This document shows, in pieces, positions 20,135 to 30,441 of a stretch of 59,775 bases of DNA. This DNA comes from Myxococcota bacterium (lineage in GTDB: Bacteria > Myxococcota > Myxococcia > Myxococcales > Myxococcaceae). Each line of letters begins with the position of its first letter. Positions within the stretch are counted from its first letter, which is position 1. The stretch lies in NCBI GenBank assembly GCA_046732375.1, contig JBKPMY010000208.1, forward strand, positions 1 to 59,775. Reading direction: 5' to 3'. Both the position numbers and the translations under genes were made by a program. Under the pieces are notes generated by a model. That model saw nothing but the letters and a program-made list of their open reading frames with translations, was not told where the DNA came from and made no database searches.

Positions 20135-21181
20135 TCAGGTCCAGCGGAAGAGACGCAAGGCGAGGGCGAAGCTCCCCACTCCCCAGAGCACCAGAATGAC
20201 TGACGGTCCGAGCAGGGCGGAGACCCCCGCGCCGTCGATGGAGATGGCCCGGAGCCCATCGATGAGGGCGGTGAGCGGCAGCGCCCGGATGACCGGCTGG
20301 GCCCAGCCCGGGAAGTGGCTCGCGGAGAAGAACACGCCGGAGACCACGGTCATCGGCAGGGTGACCAGGTTCATCAGCCCGCTGGCGGTCTCCGAGTTCT
20401 GCGCCCGGCTGGCCACCAGCGCCGAGAGCCCCCCGAAGCTCAGCGCTCCCAGGAGCCCCCAGAGGAGGAAGGTCAGGAGGTTGCCGGCGACCCGCACGTC
20501 GAAGATCAGTCGCGCGAACCCGACGAAGAAGAGCACCTCCAGCAGGGCGAGGAAGAGCCGCCCCGTGGCGAAGGCAAGCAGAAAGTCGACCTTCCGCATC
20601 GGGGTCGCGGCGAGCCGGCGGAGGAGCTTCCCCATCCGCATCTGGACGATGGCCCACCCCACTCCCCAGATGCTGGAGGACATCAGCCCGAAGCCGAGGA
20701 GCCCGGGCACCAGGAAGTCGATGTACCGGGCACCCGGAAGCGTCACCCGCTCCTCCTCCAGGGCCCGGGGATCCGTCCTCCCCGCGGCGCGCTGGAGCGC
20801 GTCCACGACCAGGAGCTTCGCCGAGCGGGCCTCCGGCTGCGTGGAGTCGAGCAGGAGGCGCGGCGTAGCCGCAGGGACCACCGCAAGGGCGATCTTCCCG
20901 CTCCTGAGAGCGCTGTGAGCCTCGTCCAGCGTCATCTCGGTCGCGCTCAGGCCCTCGCTCGCCCGGATCGCCGCCAGCACCTCCGCGCGCTCCGGCCCCT
21001 CTGTGACCGCGACCGAGAGCCGCGCGCCTGCTTGATTCCGGAAAGCGAGCCCCAGAACGATCGACATCAGCAGCGGAAAGCCGAATACCCAGAAGGTGGC
21101 CGAGGGCTCGCGAGTGAACGAGCGCAGCCGCATCAGGAGCAGCTGCCAGAAGGGATTGAGCCAGGCGGCCGCGCCCTTCAT
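20135..21181 (-). CDS. ABC-2 type exporter permease
   Basis: In frame with track ORF 20135..21601. ATG 21181 overlaps the stop of the upstream ATPase gene (ATGA). Starts MKGAAAWLNPFWQLLLMRLRSFTREPSATFWVFGFPLLMSIVLGLAF..., with multiple hydrophobic spans. Confidence 0.8.
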   Translation of the reverse strand: MKGAAAWLNPFWQLLLMRLRSFTREPSATFWVFGFPLLMSIVLGLAFRNQAGARLSVAVTEGPERAEVLAAIRASEGLSATEMTLDEAHSALRSGKIALAVVPAATPRLLLDSTQPEARSAKLLVVDALQRAAGRTDPRALEEERVTLPGARYIDFLVPGLLGFGLMSSSIWGVGWAIVQMRMGKLLRRLAATPMRKVDFLLAFATGRLFLALLEVLFFVGFARLIFDVRVAGNLLTFLLWGLLGALSFGGLSALVASRAQNSETASGLMNLVTLPMTVVSGVFFSASHFPGWAQPVIRALPLTALIDGLRAISIDGAGVSALLGPSVILVLWGVGSFALALRLFRWT

Positions 21182-22110
21182 CCCTGCTCCGCCTCGACGA
21201 GCGTGCGACCGGTGAGCGCGAGGAACACGTCGTCGAGCGTGGCGGCGCGGGTGGACAGCTGGACCAGCTCGCTCCGGTGCTCGTCGGCGATGCGGAGAAG
21301 AGCCGGCACCGCCTCGTGCAGCGCCTGGACCGAGAGCGACACCATCTCGCCCCGCTGCCGGTGCCGGCTGAAGCCGGGCACCCGCTCCAGGGCCGCGGCC
21401 GGAATCGCCGGCCGGGCGACGAACTCGATGAGCTGCTCGCCGCCAAGCGAGTGCACGAGGTCGCCGGGCGTGCCGCGGGCCACGATCCTCCCGTGGTCCA
21501 CGATGACGATGTCGTCGCAGAGGATGGCCGCCTCCTCCATGTAGTGGGTGGTCAGCACGACCGTGCGGCCCCGTCCCTTCAGTCCCTCGATGATGGTCCA
21601 CAGGCCTCGGCGGCTCACGGGGTCCAGCCCGGTGGTCGGCTCGTCGAGGAAGAGCAGCTCCGGGTCCCCGACCAGCCCGACGGCGAGCGCCAGCCGCTGC
21701 TTCTGGCCGCCGGAGAGAGTTCCGACCCGGGCGTCGCGCTTGTCCTCCAGCGCGACCTGCGCGAGGGCCGACTCGACGGCCTGACCTCCCGGGTAGAAGC
21801 TCCGGAACAGGCTGAGCGTCTCCTCCACCGTGAGCTTCTCGTGGAAGCGCGTTTCCTGGAGGGTCGCCCCGATGCGGCCGCGGATCCCCTCGGGATCCTC
21901 GGCCCAGGTCCGGCCCAGCACCCGCACCTGACCCGAGGAGGCCGGCTGGAGCCCCTCGAGAATCTCCACGGTCGTGGTCTTCCCTGCCCCGTTCGGTCCG
22001 AGCAGACCGAGGCAGGTGCCGGTCGGGACGGTGAGGTCGATGCCGTCGACGGCGACCAGGTCGCCGAAGCGCTTCACCAGCCCCCGCACCTCGATCGCCA
22101 GCGCCGCCAT
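21178..22110 (-). CDS. ABC transporter ATP-binding protein (ABC-2/DrrA-like)
   Basis: MAALAIEVRGLVKRFGDLVAVDGIDLTVPTGTCLGLLGPNGAGKTTT..., LSGGQKQRLALAVGL and LLFLDEPTTGLDP. The track start, TTG 22131, is an alternative. Confidence 0.9.
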   Translation of the reverse strand: MAALAIEVRGLVKRFGDLVAVDGIDLTVPTGTCLGLLGPNGAGKTTTVEILEGLQPASSGQVRVLGRTWAEDPEGIRGRIGATLQETRFHEKLTVEETLSLFRSFYPGGQAVESALAQVALEDKRDARVGTLSGGQKQRLALAVGLVGDPELLFLDEPTTGLDPVSRRGLWTIIEGLKGRGRTVVLTTHYMEEAAILCDDIVIVDHGRIVARGTPGDLVHSLGGEQLIEFVARPAIPAAALERVPGFSRHRQRGEMVSLSVQALHEAVPALLRIADEHRSELVQLSTRAATLDDVFLALTGRTLVEAEQG

Positions 22111-22480
22111 GGAGTGGCGCGTGTTACCCAAGAGGGCCCCGGCCAGGCAAGCTCACGTCAGGCAGCTTCCCGATCGTCGCGCCGCGGTGGACAAACCACA
22201 GGACGTTCCGAGGCCGGAAGCATTGGCGGGCGCGGCGTGGTGGGAACTGGATCCGACTTTGTTCTCGGTTGTCACGGGACACGTCTGCGCATGCCGGTGC
22301 TGCCATCGTGCTTCATCAACACCTCCGTCGCGCCGCTCGCCGCAACGCTGTCGCAGGTCCGATGCGCTGGAAGCTGCATTCGTTGCCTGCGCAACTACCA
22401 CCTCGGGCGGCTCGCTGCGTGGCGTTTGATTCCGATCTGGTGCGGGCGTACTTCGCGCGCCTTCGTGTCTCGAGTCGGCG

Positions 22481-22496
22481 AGGCACGAGTGCAGCT
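22481..22496 (+). promoter_or_regulatory. Weaker candidate sigma-54 promoter upstream of the MBL-hydrolase gene
   Basis: AGGCACGAGTGCAGCT has a perfect GGCACG -24 element and a GC at the correct -12 offset, but CAGC replaces TTGC. It lies 45 nt upstream of ATG 22541. Confidence 0.25.
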
Positions 22497-22540
22497 CCAC
22501 CCGTCACCGGATGCCTCGGCATCCAGGGAAGCATTGCCCC

Positions 22541-23815
22541 ATGCGGACCTCCAGCCGTCTGGCTCTCCTCGCAGCACTGACCACGATCCCCGGCCTTGCG
22601 CTCGCAGGTAAACCGAATTCTCCCGACCCGGCGATGATCGCCGCGCGTCAGAAGGTCTTCGGCCGCGAGAACGTGGACTCACGCTCGGGCGAGGTGAGCA
22701 AGGAGCGGGTCATCTTCTCCTGGGCGACCAACGCGACCTTCGCCACCTCGGTGAAGGGCCGGGTGATCTTGCTCGACACCTTCGTCACCCGCCTCGAGGT
22801 CCAGCCCGGCCGCACCCCGTTCACCATCCAGGATCTGGTCGACCTCAAGCCCGAGGCGCTGTTCATCGGCCACGGCCACTTCGACCACGCGGACAACGCC
22901 GCATATCTCTCGAACAAGACCGGGGCGACCATCTACGCCTCGCCCGAGACCTGCGACAACATGCAGCTCGATGCCGCGCGCCTGTTCGGCGCCGGCTCCA
23001 CTGTGCCCTGCGTCTCGATCACCTCGCGGGGCTCGCTCCCCGGGAGCGAGGTGGTCCCCATCCATCAGCTGGAGCCGGTGGCGACCATCCAGGCCTTCAA
23101 GCACCTCCACTCCACCAACACCGCGCCGCAGGACACCAGCTTTCCCCCGGTGATCATCAATAGCCCGGTCAACGGCGCGTGCACCCCACCCTGCAACATC
23201 GCCGACCCGCGTGATGCGAGCATGTTCCCCGCCGGTACGCCGCAGAACTCGGTGCTCGACCTGTCCACCTCCCGGGCGGGTCAGGGCGGGCCGATCAGCA
23301 TCTATTACGTGTTCCGGCTCCGCGGCGACAACGAGTTCACCTTCGTGTGGCACAACACCACCGGCGCCCTCCGCGAGGGCTGCGCGCTTCCCAACAACAT
23401 CCCCGGCACCAATCCGCCCCAGCCGAGCCAGCCCGGCCAGGACGCGCGCGGCTGCTTCGGGCCGGAGGTGGGCGCAAAGCTGGCGAACCTGATGGAGGCC
23501 CTCGGTCCGACCGACGTGGAGATCGGCTCCGTGGTGAGCCTGGGCTTCGGCATCAACGGAGAGCGGGACATCGTCGACTACAACAGCCACATCGCTCCCA
23601 AGGTCTTTCTCCCCAACCACGTGACGGCGGTGGCGGTCGAGAGCTCGTCGCTGGAGTGGAAGGTGGGGTACCTGAAGCAGCAGGACGCGATGGGTATTCC
23701 GGTACAGGATCGCCCCGAGCTGCGCTGGCTGGTTGACCCGAACGACTATCTGCGGCCCATCGTGTTCGACCCGAAGGATCCGCGCTGGGACAAGTCGCAC
23801 CGCCACGACGAGTAG
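22541..23815 (+). CDS. secreted MBL-fold metallo-hydrolase
   Basis: MRTSSRLALLAALTTIPGLALAG is a signal peptide. LFIGHGHFDHADNAAYL carries the HxHxDH motif. In frame with track ORF 22511..23815. Confidence 0.8.
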   Translation: MRTSSRLALLAALTTIPGLALAGKPNSPDPAMIAARQKVFGRENVDSRSGEVSKERVIFSWATNATFATSVKGRVILLDTFVTRLEVQPGRTPFTIQDLVDLKPEALFIGHGHFDHADNAAYLSNKTGATIYASPETCDNMQLDAARLFGAGSTVPCVSITSRGSLPGSEVVPIHQLEPVATIQAFKHLHSTNTAPQDTSFPPVIINSPVNGACTPPCNIADPRDASMFPAGTPQNSVLDLSTSRAGQGGPISIYYVFRLRGDNEFTFVWHNTTGALREGCALPNNIPGTNPPQPSQPGQDARGCFGPEVGAKLANLMEALGPTDVEIGSVVSLGFGINGERDIVDYNSHIAPKVFLPNHVTAVAVESSSLEWKVGYLKQQDAMGIPVQDRPELRWLVDPNDYLRPIVFDPKDPRWDKSHRHDE

Positions 23816-23941
23816 GCCATCGCTCTCCGCGCAAGGTGGGCTCCTCGGGCTCCGGGCGAGGGGACCACCTTGTTGCAACGCGCTTGTCTTCCTCACGCCT
23901 CCTCGGGTACACGCCCGCCCTTTCCCTGGGGAGGGGTGACG

Positions 23942-24277
23942 ATGAAGCGTGCCGTGGTGGGAGCGACCCTGGCGCTGGCGGTGCTCGGAGCCGGATGCGG
24001 TGGCAGCAGCAACGTCCAGGACTACTGCCGGCGCGGTGTGGATGCGCTGTGCAGCCGGCTCTTCGCCTGCGACTCGCAGGCAGCCGGACAGGAATTCGGC
24101 TCCCAGTCGGGATGCGTGAGCCAGCTCGGCAGTCAGTGCTCGAAGACCGAATGTCCCGGGGGAACGAGCTTCGATCAGTCCGCCGCGGACCAGTGCGTCG
24201 CTGCGTACTCGAGCGCGAACTGCTCGGACCTGCAGCAGGGAAACTTCCCGGCTGTCTGCAGTCAGGTGTGCAAGTGA
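23942..24277 (+). CDS. Cys-rich lipoprotein (111 aa)
   Basis: MKRAVVGATLALAVLGAGC is a lipobox, followed by 10 further Cys in about 90 residues. In frame with track ORF 23870..24277, with a G-rich RBS-like run just upstream. Confidence 0.6.
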   Translation: MKRAVVGATLALAVLGAGCGGSSNVQDYCRRGVDALCSRLFACDSQAAGQEFGSQSGCVSQLGSQCSKTECPGGTSFDQSAADQCVAAYSSANCSDLQQGNFPAVCSQVCK

Positions 24278-24305
24278 CTCCGGACAGGCAGCGCGGGAAC
24301 GGCGC

Positions 24306-24632
24306 TCAGCGCCCGGTCCGGACCACGTCGAGGCGGACGCCGAACTGCGAGATCAGCACCCGGTTGGCGCGATCGAACTGAGCGAGGATGCGGTCCTCCC
24401 AGCGGAGCGTCTGTCGCTGGTAGTCGCCGTCCACCCAGACCCGCACCTTCATCGGGCGAATGGCCTTCTCCTGGATGGTGTCGGGGACGGGCTGCGCGCC
24501 GACTCCGGTGGGGGTGATCTTCTTGGCGTAGTCGCGCTGCATGTCCTCGACGGGCCGGCAGCCGGCGAGGAGCGAGGTGGCGATCAGGAAGCTTCCGAGG
24601 AGCGACCCGAGCGACGCGCGCACGCGCCACAC
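24306..24632 (-). CDS. small lipoprotein, unknown function
   Basis: MWRVRASLGSLLGSFLIATSLLAGC is a lipobox. 108 aa, convergent with the Cys-rich lipoprotein gene. Confidence 0.55.
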   Translation of the reverse strand: MWRVRASLGSLLGSFLIATSLLAGCRPVEDMQRDYAKKITPTGVGAQPVPDTIQEKAIRPMKVRVWVDGDYQRQTLRWEDRILAQFDRANRVLISQFGVRLDVVRTGR

Positions 24633-24737
24633 GGTAGCAGCGCGACCCGCATGCTCCGGCGTCCGGATTGATGGACCGGTGCAGGACCCTGCTCACCCAT
24701 CTCCGGGTGCACGTCTCCTCCGGCCGGCGGCGCCAGA

Positions 24738-25964
24738 ATGCGTCCACGTTGCGGGCAGTTGCGCATCGGGCGCATTGCAACCACGTCGGAACGGAGGTTT
24801 GCTCCTTCCGATGAAGGACCTCGCTCGGGTCTCCGCCCGGTGAACTGGGACGTCCTCGTCGTCGGCGGTGGCGTGGTGGGCTGGAGCGTGGCCCACCACC
24901 TGGCCGCCGCGGGAGTCCGACGCATCCTCGTCGTGGACCGCGGCGGCGGGAGCACCGAGCGCGCCACGGGCGGCTTCCGCGCCCAGTTCGCCACGGAGGT
25001 CAACGTCCGGCTCTCCCTCCTCTCGCGTCAGAAGCTTCTCGCCTTCTGCGAGGAGACCGGGGTCGACCCCGGATACCGCCCGGCCGGGTACCTGTTCCTC
25101 GCCGCGACCGATGCGCAGCGCCGCCAGCTCGCAGCGGCACTCGAGGTCCAGCGATCGTGCGGCTGCACCGACGCGATGCCGGTCGAGGTCGAGGACGTCT
25201 GCCGCCTCGCGCCCTGCATCCGCACCGAGGGCGTGGTCGGCGGCACGTTCTCTCAGCGCGACGGCTTCATCCGGCCGATGCAGATTCGCCAGGGCTACCT
25301 GGAAGCCGCGCTGCGAGCGGGGGTGCAACGGCTCGATGCCGAGGTGACCGGGCTCTCGAGCCGGAGCGAGGCGATCGCCGTCGAGACCTCCACGGGCCGG
25401 CATGAGGCGGCCAGGGTGGTGAACGCGGCCGGGGCGTGGGCAGGCCGGCTCGGCGCGATGGCCGGGGTCGACGTCCCCGTCCAGCCACTGCGGCGGCAAG
25501 TGGCGAGGACCGTGCCCACGACCGCGCTCCCCGCCTCGACACCGATGACGGTCTTCGCCGACGGGTTCCACTTCCGGGTGCGCGACGACCACGTGCTGCT
25601 GCTCTGGCCCACCGAGGGAGCCGCCGATCCGTTCGACGTCTCCGTGGACCCGGAGTGGACGGCGCGGGTCGCCGCCGCCACATGCGAACGGGTGCCGCCG
25701 CTGGCCGAGGTCCCCATCGCGTCGGCCTATGCGGGGCTCTACGAGATGTCTCCGGACGAGCACGCGCTGCTGGGACCCGCGCCCGGGCTCGAGCGGCTCT
25801 TCCTGGTGAACGGGTCGTCCGGCCATGGAGTGATGCATTCCCCGGCGCTGGGCCAGCTCGCTGCCGAGATGCTCACCGGACGGCCGCCGTCGATCGACGT
25901 CCACGCGCTCCGGCCGTCACGGTTCCAGGAAGGCCGGCCGAATCCCACCCAGCGGCTGCTCTGA
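24738..25964 (+). CDS. FAD-dependent oxidoreductase (DAO / sarcosine-oxidase-beta-like family)
   Basis: WDVLVVGGGVVGWSVAHHLAAAG is a GxGxxG dinucleotide fold. GSSGHGVMHSPALG lies near the C-terminus. The true start may be the in-frame GTG at 24840. Confidence 0.85.
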   Translation: MRPRCGQLRIGRIATTSERRFAPSDEGPRSGLRPVNWDVLVVGGGVVGWSVAHHLAAAGVRRILVVDRGGGSTERATGGFRAQFATEVNVRLSLLSRQKLLAFCEETGVDPGYRPAGYLFLAATDAQRRQLAAALEVQRSCGCTDAMPVEVEDVCRLAPCIRTEGVVGGTFSQRDGFIRPMQIRQGYLEAALRAGVQRLDAEVTGLSSRSEAIAVETSTGRHEAARVVNAAGAWAGRLGAMAGVDVPVQPLRRQVARTVPTTALPASTPMTVFADGFHFRVRDDHVLLLWPTEGAADPFDVSVDPEWTARVAAATCERVPPLAEVPIASAYAGLYEMSPDEHALLGPAPGLERLFLVNGSSGHGVMHSPALGQLAAEMLTGRPPSIDVHALRPSRFQEGRPNPTQRLL

Positions 25965-25973
25965 GGGGCAGTG

Positions 25974-26031
25974 GGACGGTCCGCCCGCCACGGACCCTGC
26001 CCGCTCGGATGGATGACCGCTGGACGGTCCG
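25974..26031. promoter_or_regulatory. Two copies of the 10-mer GGACGGTCCG (core GGAC-G-GTCC dyad), 48 nt apart, upstream of the TerB-like gene
   Basis: Read directly at 25974-25983 and 26022-26031, in the 115-nt gap before ATG 26080. Confidence 0.25.
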
Positions 26032-26079
26032 GCACCCCACCCTCGCCGCCGTCGCGCCACCAGCAGTAGAAGTCCCCTC

Positions 26080-27003
26080 ATGAACGCCGACGACGCTTCC
26101 AGCATCTCCCAGATCGCGCTCATGGCGGCCATGGCCGATGGACAGATCACCCCCGACGAGCAGCGCGAGCTCGCCTCGGTCGCGACCCGCCTCGGGGTGC
26201 CGGCAGCGACCATCGCCCTCGATCAGCCGGCAGCCGCCCGTCAAGGCATCGGCGTGCTCGCGGCCTCGCTCTCGGACGCCGATGCACGGCGCAGCGCCTA
26301 CGAGGTCGCGCTCGCGGTGTGCAGCGTGGACGGGGTGCCCAACCCGCGCGAGCAGGCATTCCTCAGCGCGCTGCACGGAGCGCTTGGCCTGGGTCCTGCG
26401 GCGACCCACGAGTTCGAGGACCAGCTGCGGGCGCTCTCCGCAGCGCCGCTCACCGGAACGCTGCCCGAGGTCAGCGGCTCGACCGACGCTGCCCTCGACC
26501 AGCGCATCCTCCAGCAGGCGATGCTGACCGGGGCACTGGAGCTGCTGCCGGACCGCCTCGCCAATCTGGCCATCCTGCCCCTGCAGCTGCGGCTCGTGTA
26601 CGAGGTGGGCCACCGGTATGGCCAGCAGCTCGACGTCAACCAGGTGAAGGACCTGGCGGGCACCTTCGGCCTGGGGGCCGCGGCGCAGATGGTCGAGGGG
26701 ATGGTGCGGAAAGTCCTGGGCGGCGTCGCCTCCGGCGTCCTCGGCGGCCTCCTCGGTGGCGCGACCGGGGTCGCGGCAGGCGCCGCGGTGACCTTCGCCG
26801 CCACCTACGCGCTGGGCCACGCCGCGAAGCAGTACTACGCGCAAGGGCGGAAGCTCTCCGCCGAGGACCTGCGCGGCCTCTTCAGCCGCTTCCAGGACGA
26901 GGCGAAGTCGCTGCTCCCGCAGGTGCAAGGGCAGATCCAGTCGCTGGCACAGCAGGTCCGACTCCCGGACGTGCTGGCGCAGATCCGCTCCGGCAAGTTC
27001 TGA
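26080..27003 (+). CDS. TerB-like N-terminal domain protein with a Gly-rich hydrophobic C-terminal half
   Basis: [31 protein letters not shown] and [37 protein letters not shown] are typical TerB/DjlA-N repeats. The C-terminal [35 protein letters not shown] is glycine-zipper-like. Confidence 0.7.
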   Translation: MNADDASSISQIALMAAMADGQITPDEQRELASVATRLGVPAATIALDQPAAARQGIGVLAASLSDADARRSAYEVALAVCSVDGVPNPREQAFLSALHGALGLGPAATHEFEDQLRALSAAPLTGTLPEVSGSTDAALDQRILQQAMLTGALELLPDRLANLAILPLQLRLVYEVGHRYGQQLDVNQVKDLAGTFGLGAAAQMVEGMVRKVLGGVASGVLGGLLGGATGVAAGAAVTFAATYALGHAAKQYYAQGRKLSAEDLRGLFSRFQDEAKSLLPQVQGQIQSLAQQVRLPDVLAQIRSGKF

Positions 27004-27028
27004 GCGCCGCCGGCCCGCGCCGGCCGAC

Positions 27029-28245
27029 TCACTCGTAGCGAAGCGCCTCGATGGGATCGAGCCGGCTCGCCTTGCGTGCCGGGTACAGGCCGAAGACGAC
27101 GCCCACCGCGCCGCTGAAGACCACCGCGAGGATCATCACGTCCGGGCGGAAGGCCACTGGCCAGTGGAAGGCCGCGGTGAGCCAGCGGGCGACGCCGATG
27201 CCGGCGGTGATGCCCAGGACGCCACCGGCCACGGCGAGGACCACCGCCTCGCCGAGGAACTGCCGGAGGATGTCACGCCCCCGCGCGCCCACCGCGATGC
27301 GCGTGCCGATCTCCCGCGTCCGCTCGGTCACGCTCACCAGCATGATGTTCATGATCCCGATCCCGCCGACCAGCAGCGAGACCGCGGCGACGATGGCCAG
27401 GAAGAGGGTCACCGTCCGGCTGCTCTCCTCCTGGGCGCTCGCCACCTCGGCAAGGTTCCGGATCTGGAAATCGTCCTCCGACGGTCCACCGATGCGGTGA
27501 CGGTCGCGGAGGAGCTCCGTCACCTGCCGCTCCGCCGTATTGGCGTTGGTCGCGCTGATGAAGATCGAGCCCTGGAGGAACTTCCCCAGTCCCCCCTGGA
27601 TCTTGGCCTGGAAGGTGGTCCGGGGGATGAACACCACGTCGTCCGAATCCTGCCCGGTGGGCGTCTGCCCCTTGCGTCCGGCGACCGCCACGACCTGGAA
27701 GGGGATGTTCCGGATCCGCACCGTCTGCCCCACCGGGTTGGAGCCCGCGCCGAAGAGCTTCTCGGCGACGGTTCCCCCGAGCACTGCCACCTTGGTCCCG
27801 GTGTCGACGTCGGAATCGGTGAAGCGCGTGCCGAGCGCCATCGGCCAGCTCCGGATCTCGAAGTAGTCCGGCTCGGTCCCGGCGATCTGCGTGGTCCAGT
27901 TCTGCTCCTCGCTGAGTACCTGGGAGGTGCTGCGGAGGTAGGGGACGGCGTACCGGACGCTGGGCACCTCGTTGCGGATCGCCTTGAGATCCTCCCAGGT
28001 GAGCGTGGGCTGCGAGCCGAAGCCCCCGCGCGCACCCCCGGTGTTGGCGGAGCCCGGCAGCACCACCAGGAGGTTGGTGCCCATCGAGGCGAACGCCTCC
28101 TCCACCGTCGCGCGCGCGCCCTCCCCGATGGCCACCGTGGCCACCACCGCCCCCACGCCGAAGATCATCCCCAGCGTGGTGAGGAACGATCGAAGCTTGT
28201 TCCGGAGAAGCGCCCGGATCGCCACCCGCAGGGTCTCCAGGCCGT

Positions 28246-28249
<4 letters not shown>
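27029..28249 (-). CDS. MacB/FtsX-type ABC transporter permease
   Basis: 406 aa. N-terminal TM, MacB periplasmic domain, then the C-terminal FtsX region [29 protein letters not shown]. Confidence 0.9.
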
Positions 28250-28980
<731 letters not shown>

Positions 28981-28990
28981 CGCTTAGTGC

Positions 28991-30295
28991 CTAGAACGGC
29001 CGGCGCCCCGGACCTCCGGGAGCCACCGGGTTCGCCGGTCGGGCCCCGCCCGCGGGCGCGCTCTCCACGCCGGTCAGCACCGCGTCGCCGGCCTGGATGG
29101 GTCCGGAGGCGATCTCGGTGAAGGTCCCGTCGGAGACGCCGATGGTCACCTGCGCCGGCGAAGGGCGGCCATCGCGGACGACCCACAGGGTGCGCCCGGG
29201 ACCGCTTCCTCCCGCTCCCCCACGCCCTCCGCCGCCACCACCGGCCGCAGCGCCGTCACGCCCTGCGACCCGTCCCGGAGCGGCGCTGGTCCGTCCGAGG
29301 GCGGCGAGCATCTCCGGAGTCGGCCGGAAGCGGAGCGCGGCGTTCGGAACCTTCAGCACGTCCGGCCGATCGGCGTAGACGACCGTCACGTTGGCGGTCA
29401 TGCCCGGCCGGAGCTTGAGGTCCGGGTTCTTGACGTCGATGACCGCGTCGTAGGTGACGACGTTCTGCTGGGTCTGCGGCGCGTTGCGGATCTGCCGGAT
29501 GGTCCCCTTGAACCGCTCGTCCGGGAAGGCATCCACCACGAAGGTCGCCTCCATCCCGGGCGTGAGCTTGCCCACGTCGGCCTCGGCGACGCTGGTGTCC
29601 ACCTGCATCGCCTTGAGATCTCCGGCGAGGGTGAAGATGGTGGGCGCCGCCAGCGAGGCCGCCACCGTCTGGCCCACGTCCACGCTCCGGGAGATGACCA
29701 CCCCGTCGATGGGAGAGAGGATCTTGGTGTAGGTGAGGTTCACCTGGGCCTGGCTGAGCTGCGCCCGGGCCTGGGCGAGGTTGCCCCGCGCCGCGACGAC
29801 GGAGGCCTTGGCCGCCTCGAGGGTGGTCTCCGCGGTGTCCAGATCGGCCTGGGCGATGAGGTTGCTCGCCCGGAGCGGCTTGTCGCGGTCGTAGGTCCGC
29901 TGCGCCGCGAGCACGTTCGCCTGGGCCTGCTTCAGCTGACCCTCCGCCTGGAGGACGTTGGCCTTCCCCTGCTCGACGTTGGCCTGGAAGAGCGCGGGAT
30001 CGATCTCCGCGAGGAGCTCACCCTTCTTCACCGTGGAGTTGTAGTCCGCGTGCAGCGTCGCGATCCGTCCGCTGACCTGGCTGCCCACCTGGACGGTCAC
30101 CACCGCGGAGAGGATGCCGGTGGCGGTCACCTTCGCCACCACGGGTCCCCGGGAAACCGCGGCAGTCTGGTACTGGAGCGGCGGAGGGCGGCGCAGGACG
30201 CGCCAGGCCACCCCGCCGGCGACCAGCAACAGGACGAGCGCGGAGACCCAGACCCAGCGGCGGCGGCCCGGATGAGGCGCGTCGGGATCGGTCAT
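28991..30295 (-). CDS. HlyD/MacA-type periplasmic adaptor (membrane fusion protein)
   Basis: In frame with track ORF 28991..31105. ATG 30295 gives MTDPDAPHPGRRRWVWVSALVLLLVAGGVAW (TM anchor), then a coiled-coil hairpin (ANVEQGKANVLQAEGQLKQAQANVLAAQ), beta-barrel domains and a Gly-rich tail AAAGGGGGGRGGAGGSGPG. Confidence 0.85.
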   Translation of the reverse strand: MTDPDAPHPGRRRWVWVSALVLLLVAGGVAWRVLRRPPPLQYQTAAVSRGPVVAKVTATGILSAVVTVQVGSQVSGRIATLHADYNSTVKKGELLAEIDPALFQANVEQGKANVLQAEGQLKQAQANVLAAQRTYDRDKPLRASNLIAQADLDTAETTLEAAKASVVAARGNLAQARAQLSQAQVNLTYTKILSPIDGVVISRSVDVGQTVAASLAAPTIFTLAGDLKAMQVDTSVAEADVGKLTPGMEATFVVDAFPDERFKGTIRQIRNAPQTQQNVVTYDAVIDVKNPDLKLRPGMTANVTVVYADRPDVLKVPNAALRFRPTPEMLAALGRTSAAPGRVAGRDGAAAGGGGGGRGGAGGSGPGRTLWVVRDGRPSPAQVTIGVSDGTFTEIASGPIQAGDAVLTGVESAPAGGARPANPVAPGGPGRRPF

Positions 30296-30441
30296 GGAAC
30301 CCCATTCGTACACCCGGGTTGCGCGGAGGTTAAGGTCATGGCCGCGGCGTCCGCTCAGCACGGAGCCCCGGTGTCGGGTAGCTCCGGGCGGCGGCATCAC
30401 AGTGGTCAACCCAGCCCCCGCCGGGTACGTCGGGCGACCGG

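Noticed and set aside
24306-24632. Small lipoprotein as a truncated remnant of a larger secreted metalloprotease
   Set aside because: Only a vague resemblance in the C-terminal 40 residues prompted the idea. There is no HExxH or other catalytic motif. There is also no room for a continuation, because the convergent gene ends 28 nt beyond the stop.
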